The translations under genes were made by a program, and so were the position numbers. Source: Bacteroidales bacterium (GTDB lineage Bacteria > Bacteroidota > Bacteroidia > Bacteroidales > PUMT01). Taken from it: 36,283 nt of DNA. How positions within the stretch are numbered: the first letter of the stretch is position 1; each line of letters starts with the position of its first letter. The notes beneath the pieces are model-generated. The model ran no database searches and was not told where the DNA came from. It was given only the letters and a program-made list of their open reading frames with translations. Below are positions 1 to 9,508 of the stretch, in pieces. Location: the NCBI GenBank assembly GCA_007132365.1, contig SLOS01000028.1, forward strand, positions 1-36,283. The letters are read 5' to 3'.

Positions 1-2
1 TC

Positions 3-1766
3 GCTTTCGACATCTATTCACGTACATCAAGCGCCATCCATTACGAGACCGCCTCTGAAATATTCAGGAAGCTTTATGACAAAGATGAATTTATTGAAAA
101 GACCACCCCCCAATACTTTGATGAGGAGGCAGGGCAGTTTCTGGCCGACCGCTACATACAGGGCACCTGCCCCCATTGCGATAATGAGAATGCCTACGGC
201 GACCAGTGCGAGAAGTGCGGCAGCTCACTCAACGCAACCGACCTTATCAATCCACGCTCCACAATAAGCGGTTCAACTCCCGTTATGAGAGATACCAGGC
301 ACTGGTTCCTGCCCCTGGACAAATATGAGCCCTTTTTGAAAAAATGGATACTTGAAGGCAAAAAACACTGGAAACCCAATGTTTACGGGCAGTGCAAATC
401 ATGGCTCGACCAGGGTCTCCAGCCAAGGGCGGTAAGCCGTGACCTGGACTGGGGAGTGCCCCTGCCTCTGGAAAACGCAGAGGGCAAAGTGCTCTATGTA
501 TGGTTTGACGCCCCCATAGGATATATCTCGGCAACAAAGGAGCTTACAGCGGACTGGGAAAAGTACTGGAAAGACGGCGATACCCGCATGATCCATTTTA
601 TAGGAAAGGACAATATAGTGTTCCACTGCATTGTATTCCCCTCTGTTCTCAATGCGGAAGGAAGCTACATCCTGCCCGACAACGTGCCTGCGAATGAATT
701 CCTTAACCTTGAGAATGACAAGATATCCACCTCACGCAACTGGGCGGTGTGGCTGCATGAATACCTCAGGGATTTCCCCGGTAAAGAGGATGTTCTCAGG
801 TATGTGCTCTGTGCCAATGCGCCCGAAACCAAAGACAATGACTTCACCTGGAAGGATTTCCAGGCGCGTAACAACAATGAGCTGGTTGCCATTTACGGCA
901 ACTTTGTGAACCGCGCCATCGTCCTCACCCATAAATATTTTAAAGGGAAGGTTCCGGGGCGCGGAGAACTGACCGACTATGACCGGAAGGTGCTTGCTGA
1001 AATGCCTGTCACACGGGAAAACCTTGAGAACAGCATGGAGCAGTTCCGCTTCAGGGAAGCGCTGAAGGAGGCGATGAACCTCGCCCGGCTGGGAAACAAA
1101 TACCTGGCCGATACCGAACCATGGATTATTTTCAAAAACGATCCTGAAAGGGTCAGGACAATTCTGAATATCTCTCTGCAGATATGTGCATCGCTGAGTA
1201 TGGTAACTGAGCCTTTTCTGCCCCGCTCGGCAGCCAGGCTGAAAGGGTTTCTCAACACAGGCGATGTTGACTGGGACCTTGCAGGAACAGGGGACCTTCT
1301 ACCTCCGGGGCATGCCATAGGCAATGGCGGACTCCTGTTTGAAAAGATAACAGATGAAGATATTGAAAAACAGATAAGCAAACTGCTGGCCACCAGAAAA
1401 CAGAATGAAAAAGTGACAGGCAGCCTGCCTCCGTTGAAAGGGAATATCAGTTACGCGGAGTTTTCTGCGATGGACATACGGACAGGCACGGTCGTCAGCG
1501 CAGAAAAGGTGGCCAAAACCAAAAAGCTGCTGAAACTGACAATTGATACAGGCATTGACACCCGCACAGTGGTTTCCGGCATAGCAGAACATTTTGAGCC
1601 CGGGAAGATAACCGGCATGCAGGTTTCAATACTTGTAAACCTGGAACCCAGGAAGATCAGGGGCATAGAATCACAGGGCATGATACTTATGGCTGAAGAC
1701 ACGGAAGGAAAGCTTTCATTTATCTCACCGGCAGACAGAATCGGAAACGGCTCGGTTGTTAAATAA
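3..1766 (+). CDS. metG: Methionine--tRNA ligase, 5'-truncated by the window edge, with a C-terminal Trbp111/EMAP-like tRNA-binding domain
   Basis: Frame 3 is open from base 3 ([21 protein letters not shown]...). The listed ORF 285..1766 is only the part after an internal Met. Zinc knuckle [23 protein letters not shown]-type loop ([10 protein letters not shown]), C-terminal OB-fold region [26 protein letters not shown]...[15 protein letters not shown]. Confidence 0.95.
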   Translation, partial: AFDIYSRTSSAIHYETASEIFRKLYDKDEFIEKTTPQYFDEEAGQFLADRYIQGTCPHCDNENAYGDQCEKCGSSLNATDLINPRSTISGSTPVMRDTRHWFLPLDKYEPFLKKWILEGKKHWKPNVYGQCKSWLDQGLQPRAVSRDLDWGVPLPLENAEGKVLYVWFDAPIGYISATKELTADWEKYWKDGDTRMIHFIGKDNIVFHCIVFPSVLNAEGSYILPDNVPANEFLNLENDKISTSRNWAVWLHEYLRDFPGKEDVLRYVLCANAPETKDNDFTWKDFQARNNNELVAIYGNFVNRAIVLTHKYFKGKVPGRGELTDYDRKVLAEMPVTRENLENSMEQFRFREALKEAMNLARLGNKYLADTEPWIIFKNDPERVRTILNISLQICASLSMVTEPFLPRSAARLKGFLNTGDVDWDLAGTGDLLPPGHAIGNGGLLFEKITDEDIEKQISKLLATRKQNEKVTGSLPPLKGNISYAEFSAMDIRTGTVVSAEKVAKTKKLLKLTIDTGIDTRTVVSGIAEHFEPGKITGMQVSILVNLEPRKIRGIESQGMILMAEDTEGKLSFISPADRIGNGSVVK

Positions 1767-1771
1767 ACAGA

Positions 1772-2974
1772 TCAATTGCTGAGAATCCAGGCATCGTCCC
1801 TTTCCGAAAAGGTCCTTACCTGGCGCAGCATAAACAGCACCTCCCTGTAGTTGGTGGCTGAATAAACTGAAACATAGTAAAAGCCCCTCCCTGAATCAAG
1901 AACCTCGCTTCTGTAACCCTCCCTTTCAAGCTCTTCACTGAGTGAAAAGGCATTCCGGCTGTTTCTGAAGGTGCCTGCTATAACGTAATGCGTCCCCCGG
2001 GTGGCGGGTTTTACAACGTCCTCTTCTACAGGTTCTGCAATGCGCTCCGCAACATATTCCTGAACATCCTGTTCAACGGGCTCAGCAATTTCCAGGGTGG
2101 CTGAGGGCGCAAGCTCAACCACTTCGGTGGCGGCAGGATCAGCCACCGGGCGGGCATCGGGCAGATCGGGCAAAACAGCCTCCTGCTCTGCTATACGGTC
2201 CGTTTCAGCTGTAAAAGGATCTTCTTCCCGGACTGTTTCCTCATACAGCAGGGCTCTCCGCTGACTGCTCATTTCGTCCGGATCGCCTGCAACAGCGGTA
2301 TCCATAAGGACCGTGCCATCCACTGCAGCCGGTTCAGGATATAATCCTGTATCAACAACTGCACTGAATGGATTGAGGGAGGAGAGGTCAAACCTGAACT
2401 CCCTTATAAGGCCTGTGTGCATGGCACCCCAACTGAGTGCAGCAACAAGGGGTATGCCTATCGCGGCATAGCGAAGGATCTTTTTGGTTCTGTGAGACAA
2501 ACCGGTTGTTTTCGCATCGCGCAATTTTTTCTGCATTAACCGCGCCGGTTTAACATTTTCAAGGACAGGATAACGGAAAAAGGAGAGACCGTAGGTGCTG
2601 GTAAGGAAATTTGCTGCCGGGTCAGGGTCAAACTGCAGATTCTTTTGCTTGTCCACTGAAAACTGCCCGATACCTTCGAAATAGACCCCTCTCCCCTCAT
2701 AAAATTTTTGTGCCACCTGTTCCACAAAAGATTCCACCAGCCTTTTAGCATCAACATAATTTATGGACAACCTGGCAGAAAGGTAACTGATAAGCAGACC
2801 ATCATTATGATCCAGCCGGGCATTGAAGCCAACCTCCCTGACAGGCGGGTAAAAACTGCTGGTGGACATGTCTATACGGGCAGAACGCTCATTGGTAACA
2901 AAACCTCCGAACCCCGGAACAACAACACAGTCATGATGATACAGCAGATCCCTTATATGATTTACCAGTTCCAA
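1772..2974 (-). CDS. HU-CCDC81-like N-terminal domain / single TM / acidic linker / C-terminal SPOR-domain protein
   Basis: 400-aa ORF with a TTG start and no upstream in-frame ATG. N-terminus LVNHIRDLLYHHDCVVVPGFGGFV resembles the bacterial HU-CCDC81 domain. One TM helix (ILRYAAIGIPLVAALSWGAM). Glu/Pro-rich linker with repeated IAEPVE(Q/E)DV. SPOR-like end HYVIAGTFRNSRNAFSLSEELEREGYRSEVL...YYVSVYS. Confidence 0.75.
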   Translation of the reverse strand: MELVNHIRDLLYHHDCVVVPGFGGFVTNERSARIDMSTSSFYPPVREVGFNARLDHNDGLLISYLSARLSINYVDAKRLVESFVEQVAQKFYEGRGVYFEGIGQFSVDKQKNLQFDPDPAANFLTSTYGLSFFRYPVLENVKPARLMQKKLRDAKTTGLSHRTKKILRYAAIGIPLVAALSWGAMHTGLIREFRFDLSSLNPFSAVVDTGLYPEPAAVDGTVLMDTAVAGDPDEMSSQRRALLYEETVREEDPFTAETDRIAEQEAVLPDLPDARPVADPAATEVVELAPSATLEIAEPVEQDVQEYVAERIAEPVEEDVVKPATRGTHYVIAGTFRNSRNAFSLSEELEREGYRSEVLDSGRGFYYVSVYSATNYREVLFMLRQVRTFSERDDAWILSN

Positions 2975-3077
2975 AACCTTAATGGATTAGTGAGGGGTAA
3001 TTATTTTATCAGCGGTTCCTCCCCGACAAAAATAAAGAATTATTCCGGTATATGTCCCAGGCTGATCCATTTTTTTT

Positions 3078-3085
3078 TAACTTTG
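3078..3085 (+). promoter_or_regulatory. Candidate Bacteroidota -7 promoter box for the wbp-like operon
   Basis: TAACTTTG fits the TAnnTTTG consensus and lies 77 nt upstream of the ATG at 3162. A T9 tract (3070..3078) runs into it. This is a motif match only, and no clear -33 TTTG was seen. Confidence 0.3.
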
Positions 3086-3161
3086 CTGACTGCCGGAAAA
3101 TCAGGGGCAAAAAACAGAAAGCATAAACAGGGGTGTTACATCTGAAAACCAAAAGGATCGT

Positions 3162-4292
3162 ATGAAGCAAATAAAAATGGTTGATCTCCCCGGCCAGTAC
3201 AGAAAAATCCGACAGGAGGTTGATGCTGCCATTAACAAGGTCATTGAATCGGGCGCCTTTATTAACGGGCCCGAAGTGACAGCTTTCCAGAGGAACCTTG
3301 AATACTTCCTGGATATCAACCATGCCATAACCTGCGGAAACGGAACTGACGCGCTGCAGATCGCCCTGATGGCGCTGGACCCTGAACCGGGCGATGAGGT
3401 GATTACCACCCCGTTCACATTTATAGCCACCGTTGAAGCTATTGCATTACTGGGCCTGAAACCGGTATTCGCCGATGTTTGTCCGCGCTGTTTCAATATT
3501 GATGCCTCCGGCATTGAACAGGTTATTACCAGCAGGACGAAAGTAATTCTTCCGGTTCATCTTTACGGGCAGTGCGCCAATATGGATGCCATAATGGAAA
3601 TTGCCGGCAACCGCAATCTCCGGGTAATTGAAGATGCCGCCCAGGCCCTGGGCAGTGAATATACCTTCACAAACGGAATGGTAAAAAAGGCAGGAGCAAT
3701 AGGTCATATTGGCTGCACCAGTTTTTTCCCCTCCAAAAACCTGGGCTGTTTCGGCGACGGAGGCGCCATGTTTACCGGCGATCCGGAATTGGCGGAGAAG
3801 CTACGCTCCATCACTCTTCACGGGTCCAGGGTCAAATATTACCACGACATGATAGGGGTCAACTCCAGGCTGGATACCCTCCAGGCTGCCATTCTTGATG
3901 TAAAACTGAAATATCTTGAAAAGTACAACCGCGCCAGGGCTGAGGCTGCCGGCTATTACGACAGGGCCCTTTCGGGGATAGACCGCCTGATCCTGCCCAA
4001 ACGCATGAGCCGGTCCACGCACATCTTTCATACATACACCCTGAAAATGGCCGGCGCGGACAGGGACGGGCTCCGGGAATTCCTTAAAAAGCGGAACATT
4101 CCAACCATGATCTATTACCCCGTGCCAATGCATCTTCAGAAAGGGTATTCGAAATACGGTTACCGGAAAGGGGACTTCCCCGTTTCCGAAGAACTGTGTG
4201 CCTCCGTTCTGTCCATACCGATGCATACCGAGCTCAGAGATGATCAGCTTGAATATATCTGTAGCTCCGTGCATGATTATTTTAAAACCTGA
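3162..4292 (+). CDS. wbpE: DegT/DnrJ/EryC1/StrS-family PLP aminotransferase, WbpE-like (UDP-2-acetamido-2-deoxy-3-oxo-glucuronate aminotransferase)
   Basis: 376 aa. Start region MKQIKMVDLPGQY, GNGTDAL, PLP-lysine motif FFPSKNLGCFGDGG. First gene of an aminotransferase / acetyltransferase / oxidoreductase / dehydrogenase block. The substrate assignment comes from that context. Confidence 0.85.
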   Translation: MKQIKMVDLPGQYRKIRQEVDAAINKVIESGAFINGPEVTAFQRNLEYFLDINHAITCGNGTDALQIALMALDPEPGDEVITTPFTFIATVEAIALLGLKPVFADVCPRCFNIDASGIEQVITSRTKVILPVHLYGQCANMDAIMEIAGNRNLRVIEDAAQALGSEYTFTNGMVKKAGAIGHIGCTSFFPSKNLGCFGDGGAMFTGDPELAEKLRSITLHGSRVKYYHDMIGVNSRLDTLQAAILDVKLKYLEKYNRARAEAAGYYDRALSGIDRLILPKRMSRSTHIFHTYTLKMAGADRDGLREFLKKRNIPTMIYYPVPMHLQKGYSKYGYRKGDFPVSEELCASVLSIPMHTELRDDQLEYICSSVHDYFKT

Positions 4293-4298
4293 CAGGCA

Positions 4299-4886
4299 AT
4301 GAGTACAGACAAAAAAAAATACCAGGCCCATGAAACAGCCGTGATCGATGAAGGTTGCAGTATCGGTGCCGGAACACGTATCTGGCACTTCACGCATATA
4401 ATGCCTGATTGTATTATCGGTGAAAACTGTAACCTTGGACAAAACGTGGTCGTTTCGCCGGGAGTGGTTCTGGGCAATAACGTCAAGGTGCAGAACAATG
4501 TCTCCATATATACCGGTGTGATCTGCGAAGATGATGTCTTCCTGGGGCCCTCGATGGTATTTACGAATATCGTCAATCCGAGGAGTGCCGTGGTGAGAAG
4601 GGACAGCTATGTAAGGACCCTGGTGGGGAAAGGGGCAAGCATTGGCGCAAATGCCACCATTATATGCGGCAACAATATCGGGCCGTATGCCTTTGTCGGT
4701 GCAGGCGCGGTGATCACAAAAGAGGTAAAGGCCTACGCCCTGGTGGCCGGGAATCCTGCGCGCCATCTTGGCTGGATGAGTGAATACGGTCACAGGCTGG
4801 CCTTCGGGGATGACGGCACAGCAGTATGCCCGGAAAGCGGCCAGAAGTACAAACTGGAAAATGACCAGGTTACCAGAACAGAGTAA
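4299..4886 (+). CDS. wbpD: Left-handed beta-helix (hexapeptide) N-acetyltransferase, WbpD-like
   Basis: 195 aa with hexapeptide repeats ([49 protein letters not shown]). Starts 6 nt after the aminotransferase stop. Confidence 0.85.
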   Translation: MSTDKKKYQAHETAVIDEGCSIGAGTRIWHFTHIMPDCIIGENCNLGQNVVVSPGVVLGNNVKVQNNVSIYTGVICEDDVFLGPSMVFTNIVNPRSAVVRRDSYVRTLVGKGASIGANATIICGNNIGPYAFVGAGAVITKEVKAYALVAGNPARHLGWMSEYGHRLAFGDDGTAVCPESGQKYKLENDQVTRTE

Positions 4887-4922
4887 AAAGCAATTTGATT
4901 ATTAACCCGTTAAAAATGTATC

Positions 4923-5885
4923 ATGTCCGGAAGCCCTTTTAACTTTGCTCTTATAGGCGTAGCCGGTTATATTGCCGTCAGGCATCTTCAGGCAATCAAG
5001 GAGACCGGTAACAACCTGCTTGCCGCACTTGACCCTTTTGACAGTGTAGGCACTATTGACAGCTATTTCCCCGAAGCGGATTTCTTTGTTGAATTTGAAA
5101 GGTTCGACAGGCACATAGATAAACTTAAACGGGTCGGCACCAGGATAGACTACGTGACCATATGCTCACCGAACTACCTCCATGACTCCCATATACGTTT
5201 TGCCATGCGCCAGGGGGCCGATGCAATATGTGAGAAACCGGTGGTGCTCAATCCCTGGAACCTCGATGCCCTTGCAGAGATAGAAAAGGAGACCGGGAAA
5301 AAAATTTTTAATGTCTTGCAGCTCAGGCTTCACCCTTCTATTATTGCACTCAGGAAAAAAATTGATGAGGGACCCGAAGATAAGGTATATGATATAGATC
5401 TCTCATATATTACCAGCCGGGGCCACTGGTATCACATCTCCTGGAAGGGTGATATTCAGAAATCCGGAGGCGTGGCAACAAACATAGGGGTCCACTTTTT
5501 CGATATGCTTACCTGGATCTTCGGACCGGTCAGCGAAAACATAGTCCACCTTTCCGATAACCAGCGGGCAGCGGGTTTTCTGAGGCTTGAAAAAGCCAGG
5601 GTGAGATGGCTGCTGAGTATAGATTACAACGACCTCCCCTCCGGCGTCAAAAAACGCAACCAGCGCACATTCAGATCGATAACCATTGACAATGAAGAGA
5701 TTGAATTCAGCGACGGGTTTTCAGAACTGCATACGCAGACCTACAGGAACATTCTTGATGGAAAAGGTTTCGGGCTTCAGGAGGCAAGGAGATCAATTGA
5801 GACGGTTTACACTATCAGGAACTCAAAGCCTGTCGGGTTGAAAGGGGAATACCACCCATGTCTTGAACACCTGATAAAGGAGTGA
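4923..5885 (+). CDS. wbpB: Gfo/Idh/MocA-family NAD oxidoreductase, WbpB-like (UDP-GlcNAcA 3-dehydrogenase)
   Basis: 320 aa. N-terminal Rossmann FALIGVAGYIAVRHLQAI and ICEKPVVLNP motif typical of the family. Position is between the acetyltransferase and the sugar dehydrogenase. Confidence 0.8.
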   Translation: MSGSPFNFALIGVAGYIAVRHLQAIKETGNNLLAALDPFDSVGTIDSYFPEADFFVEFERFDRHIDKLKRVGTRIDYVTICSPNYLHDSHIRFAMRQGADAICEKPVVLNPWNLDALAEIEKETGKKIFNVLQLRLHPSIIALRKKIDEGPEDKVYDIDLSYITSRGHWYHISWKGDIQKSGGVATNIGVHFFDMLTWIFGPVSENIVHLSDNQRAAGFLRLEKARVRWLLSIDYNDLPSGVKKRNQRTFRSITIDNEEIEFSDGFSELHTQTYRNILDGKGFGLQEARRSIETVYTIRNSKPVGLKGEYHPCLEHLIKE

Positions 5886-5962
5886 GCTTCGCGGACTGCT
5901 TTTTTATTTAGCTGAAATCCTTATTCATAATTATTTATTAATAATCCATTACCAGTAAAAAA

Positions 5963-7267
5963 ATGTACGAACAGCTTATCAGAAAGGAAAAAAAAATCTC
6001 AGTGATAGGACTGGGATATGTCGGTCTTCCCATTGCGCTTGAGTTTGCCAGGAAGGTACCCGTAGTCGGGTTTGACATCAAACCCGAACGTGTTGAAATG
6101 ATGAAAAACGGCATCGATCCGAGCCGGGAGCTGGACTCATCGGATTTCGAAGGATGTGATATTGTTTTCACATCCGATCCGCAGGATCTCCGGCAGGCCG
6201 ATTTCCATATTGTGGCGGTGCCGACACCCATAGACGGCCATAACCTTCCCGACCTGACCCCTGTATTGAAAGCTTCGGAAACAGTCGGCAAAATACTTAA
6301 AAAAGGCGACTATGTCATTTATGAATCCACCGTCTACCCGGGATGTACGGAGGAGGACTGCGTGCCGCTTCTGGAGGAGCATAGCGGACTCAGGTTCAGC
6401 GAGGATTTCAAGGTGGGCTTTTCTCCTGAAAGGATAAATCCGGGCGACAGGGAGCACACCCTTACAAAGATAGTAAAGGTGGTTTCCGGTTGTGATGATG
6501 AATCGCTTGAAAACATAGCCAGGACCTACGAGCTGATAATTGAGGCGGGAGTTCACAGGGCCGGTTCAATAAAGGTGGCGGAAGCGGCAAAGATCATTGA
6601 GAATACCCAGCGGGATATAAACATCGCCTTCATGAACGAACTCTCATTGATCTTCAACAGGATGGGAATAAATACACACGAAGTTCTCGAGGCGGCAGGA
6701 ACAAAATGGAATTTTCTGAGGTTTTATCCCGGACTGGTGGGCGGGCATTGTATAGGTGTTGACCCCTATTACCTCACATACAAGGCCAAAGAGTTCGGAT
6801 ATCACCCGCAGATAATCATATCGGGCCGTTATATCAACGATTCCATGGGCAGGTACGTGGCCAGGCAAACCATGAAAAGAATAAGTTCGCTTAACAAGAA
6901 TGTCATGGAATCAAGGATACTGATCATGGGCATCACCTTTAAGGAGAATGTGAGTGATATCAGGAACTCAAAGGTGGCCGATGTTTACCATGAACTAAAT
7001 TCCTATGGCATCAGGGAGGTTGATGTGGTTGATCCCCATGCTTCTGCCAGTGAGGTAAGGGAGGAGTACGGATTCGACATGAAAGAGACATACGGGAATA
7101 ATTATGATGCAATCATTGTTGCAGTCAATCACCAGGAGTATCTTGGCCTGTCGGTCGACGATTTCAGGGCCATGAGCAATGGAGATGCAGTGCTGGTTGA
7201 TGTAAAAGGCACCTACAGGAAATTGTTTGAAAACAAACAGGACGGGATCTCCTACTGGAGCCTTTAA
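5963..7267 (+). CDS. wbpA: UDP-N-acetyl-hexosamine 6-dehydrogenase (nucleotide-sugar dehydrogenase, WbpA/TviB-like)
   Basis: 434 aa. Rossmann ISVIGLGYVGLPIALEFA, catalytic Cys motif GLVGGHCIGVDPYYL, C-terminal UDP-binding domain (ILIMGITFKENVSDIRNSK). Confidence 0.85.
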   Translation: MYEQLIRKEKKISVIGLGYVGLPIALEFARKVPVVGFDIKPERVEMMKNGIDPSRELDSSDFEGCDIVFTSDPQDLRQADFHIVAVPTPIDGHNLPDLTPVLKASETVGKILKKGDYVIYESTVYPGCTEEDCVPLLEEHSGLRFSEDFKVGFSPERINPGDREHTLTKIVKVVSGCDDESLENIARTYELIIEAGVHRAGSIKVAEAAKIIENTQRDINIAFMNELSLIFNRMGINTHEVLEAAGTKWNFLRFYPGLVGGHCIGVDPYYLTYKAKEFGYHPQIIISGRYINDSMGRYVARQTMKRISSLNKNVMESRILIMGITFKENVSDIRNSKVADVYHELNSYGIREVDVVDPHASASEVREEYGFDMKETYGNNYDAIIVAVNHQEYLGLSVDDFRAMSNGDAVLVDVKGTYRKLFENKQDGISYWSL

Positions 7268-7308
7268 TTAATAATCCGCCGGTTTATCCGGTAAAAGAAT
7301 GAAACCTT

Positions 7309-8334
7309 ATGAATACTGTGCTGGTAACCGGGGGGACAGGCTATATCGGTTCACACACTGCCGTTGAGCTTATTAACGAAGGGTACAGGGTGCTGATTGC
7401 AGATAACCTTTCCAATTCTGAACCTGAAGTTATTGACGGGATAGAGAAGATCACCGGGGTAAGGCCCGGATTTGAACAGCTGGATATCTGCGATGGCCCG
7501 CTGCTTAAGGAATACATGGACAAAAACAGCGACATTGCCGCAATCATCCACTTTGCCGCTTCCAAGGCCGTTGGCGAGTCGGTTGAAAAACCCCTCAAAT
7601 ATTACAGGAACAACCTGGTATCGCTGTTAAACCTTCTTGAGGAGATGCAGCAACGCTCGCTCAGCAACCTGGTGTTCTCCTCCTCTTGCACCGTTTACGG
7701 ACAGCCTGACAAACTGCCGGTAACCGAATCGGCCCCTGTAAAAAAGGCCGGTTCACCATACGGCAACACCAAAAAGATCGCGGAAGATATTATAGAGGAC
7801 AGCATCATGTCCAACCCGTCACTTAAATCTATATCCCTGCGCTATTTCAATCCCATAGGGGCCCATCCAAGCGCCCTGATAGGAGAGCTGCCAAGGGGTG
7901 TACCCGATAACCTGGTGCCCTTTATTACGCAAACGGCCGCCGGGCTGCGCAGTGAGCTGAAGGTGTTCGGCGACGACTATAACACCCCTGACGGCTCATG
8001 CATACGCGATTACCTTCACGTTACCGACCTGGCCAGGGCGCATGTGGTGGCCATCAAACGGCTGCTCGGGAACAGGAACAAAAAGAATTACGAGGTGTTT
8101 AACCTGGGAACAGGGAAAGGCATCTCAGTGCTGGAGATGATCAAAACATTTGAAAGGGTCAACTCACTGAAAATAAACTATACCATCACCGGCAGAAGGG
8201 CCGGCGACACTGAGCAGGTGTGGGCCGATACCACCCTGGCAAACAACGAGCTTGGCTGGAAGGCGGAAAGCAGCCTGGAGGAGACACTGGTATCGGCCTG
8301 GAAATGGGAACAATATTACCGGAAAAATAATTAA
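7309..8334 (+). CDS. galE: UDP-glucose (or UDP-GlcNAc) 4-epimerase
   Basis: 341 aa SDR. VLVTGGTGYIGSH, catalytic SPYGNTKKIAE (YxxxK), IRDYLHVTDLA. Confidence 0.9.
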   Translation: MNTVLVTGGTGYIGSHTAVELINEGYRVLIADNLSNSEPEVIDGIEKITGVRPGFEQLDICDGPLLKEYMDKNSDIAAIIHFAASKAVGESVEKPLKYYRNNLVSLLNLLEEMQQRSLSNLVFSSSCTVYGQPDKLPVTESAPVKKAGSPYGNTKKIAEDIIEDSIMSNPSLKSISLRYFNPIGAHPSALIGELPRGVPDNLVPFITQTAAGLRSELKVFGDDYNTPDGSCIRDYLHVTDLARAHVVAIKRLLGNRNKKNYEVFNLGTGKGISVLEMIKTFERVNSLKINYTITGRRAGDTEQVWADTTLANNELGWKAESSLEETLVSAWKWEQYYRKNN

Positions 8335-8404
8335 CCCGCCCATAAAACAATAACTTCAGGCCCGGCTTAGTAATTAAATCAGTGGCAGGATTAATCAGCG
8401 ATCG

Positions 8405-9460
8405 ATGACAAAAACCATTTTAGTAACAGGAGGCGCCGGTTTCATAGGCTCACACGTTATCCGCCGGTTTGTAAAAAATCACCCCGGGTACCGCATTGTA
8501 AACCTTGATAAGCTTACATACGCAGGAAATCTTGAAAACCTCAGGGATGTTGATCAAAAGAAAAATTACACCTTTGTAAAAGGAGATATAACCGATACCG
8601 CCTTCATTGAAGAGCTGTTTGACAGCCACCCGTTCGATGCGGTGATCCACCTGGCGGCTGAATCGCATGTGGACAGGTCCATCAGCGGACCGATGGAGTT
8701 TGTCAATACCAATATAACAGGCACGGTAAACCTTCTTAATGCCGCAAGAGCAAGGTGGGAAGGAAAAACCGGCGGCAAACTGTTCTGCCATATCTCGACA
8801 GATGAGGTCTACGGCTCCCTGGGTAAAGAGGGATCATTCACAGAGGAGACAGCCTACGACCCCCGCAGCCCCTACTCAGCTTCCAAGGCCGGTTCCGACC
8901 ATATGGTAAGGGCCTGGTACCACACCTACGGGTTGCCGGTTATCATATCCAACTGCTCAAACAATTACGGCCCAAACCAGTTTCCGGAAAAGCTCATACC
9001 GCTGGCAATCAACAATATCAAAAACAACCGGGCCGTGCCTGTCTATGGAAAGGGTGAGAATGTCAGGGACTGGCTCTATGTGGAGGATCATGCTGCAGCA
9101 ATAGATCTTATCTTTCACAGGGGGCAAACCGGGAGAACATATAATGTGGGGGGAAACAACGAATGGAGAAATATCGATCTTATCAGGGTGCTTTGTGCTA
9201 TCATGGACAAAAAACTGGACCGTCCTCCCGGGACATCAGAAAACCTTATAACCTTTGTAAAGGACCGTGCCGGTCACGACCTGCGCTATGCCATTGATAA
9301 TTCAAGGATTAGCCGCGAACTTGGCTGGAAACCGTCGGTGAGCTTTCAGGAGGGCCTGGAAAGGACGGTGGACTGGTACCTGGGTAATGAAAAGTGGCTG
9401 AAGGCAGTTATCAGCGGCGAATATAAATCCTATTACGATAAACAGTACCTGGAACGTTAA
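8405..9460 (+). CDS. rfbB: dTDP-glucose 4,6-dehydratase
   Basis: 351 aa SDR. ILVTGGAGFIGSH, HLAAESHVDRS, SPYSASKAGSDH (YxxxK), VRDWLYVEDH. Confidence 0.9.
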   Translation: MTKTILVTGGAGFIGSHVIRRFVKNHPGYRIVNLDKLTYAGNLENLRDVDQKKNYTFVKGDITDTAFIEELFDSHPFDAVIHLAAESHVDRSISGPMEFVNTNITGTVNLLNAARARWEGKTGGKLFCHISTDEVYGSLGKEGSFTEETAYDPRSPYSASKAGSDHMVRAWYHTYGLPVIISNCSNNYGPNQFPEKLIPLAINNIKNNRAVPVYGKGENVRDWLYVEDHAAAIDLIFHRGQTGRTYNVGGNNEWRNIDLIRVLCAIMDKKLDRPPGTSENLITFVKDRAGHDLRYAIDNSRISRELGWKPSVSFQEGLERTVDWYLGNEKWLKAVISGEYKSYYDKQYLER

Positions 9461-9508
9461 AAAGTATCCAAAAAGCTGAAGCATTCCCTGCAGGAAAAGC
9501 TATGTCGA

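Noticed and set aside
76-267. 63-aa plus-strand ORF at the window start
   Set aside because: It is in an alternative frame inside the 5'-truncated metG coding sequence, which is open in frame 3 from base 3.
3801-4793. 330-aa ORF on the minus strand
   Set aside because: It is fully antisense to the wbpE-like and wbpD-like genes, which have strong family motifs. Its product is His/Gly/Pro/Cys-rich with no recognisable domain, typical of a shadow ORF.
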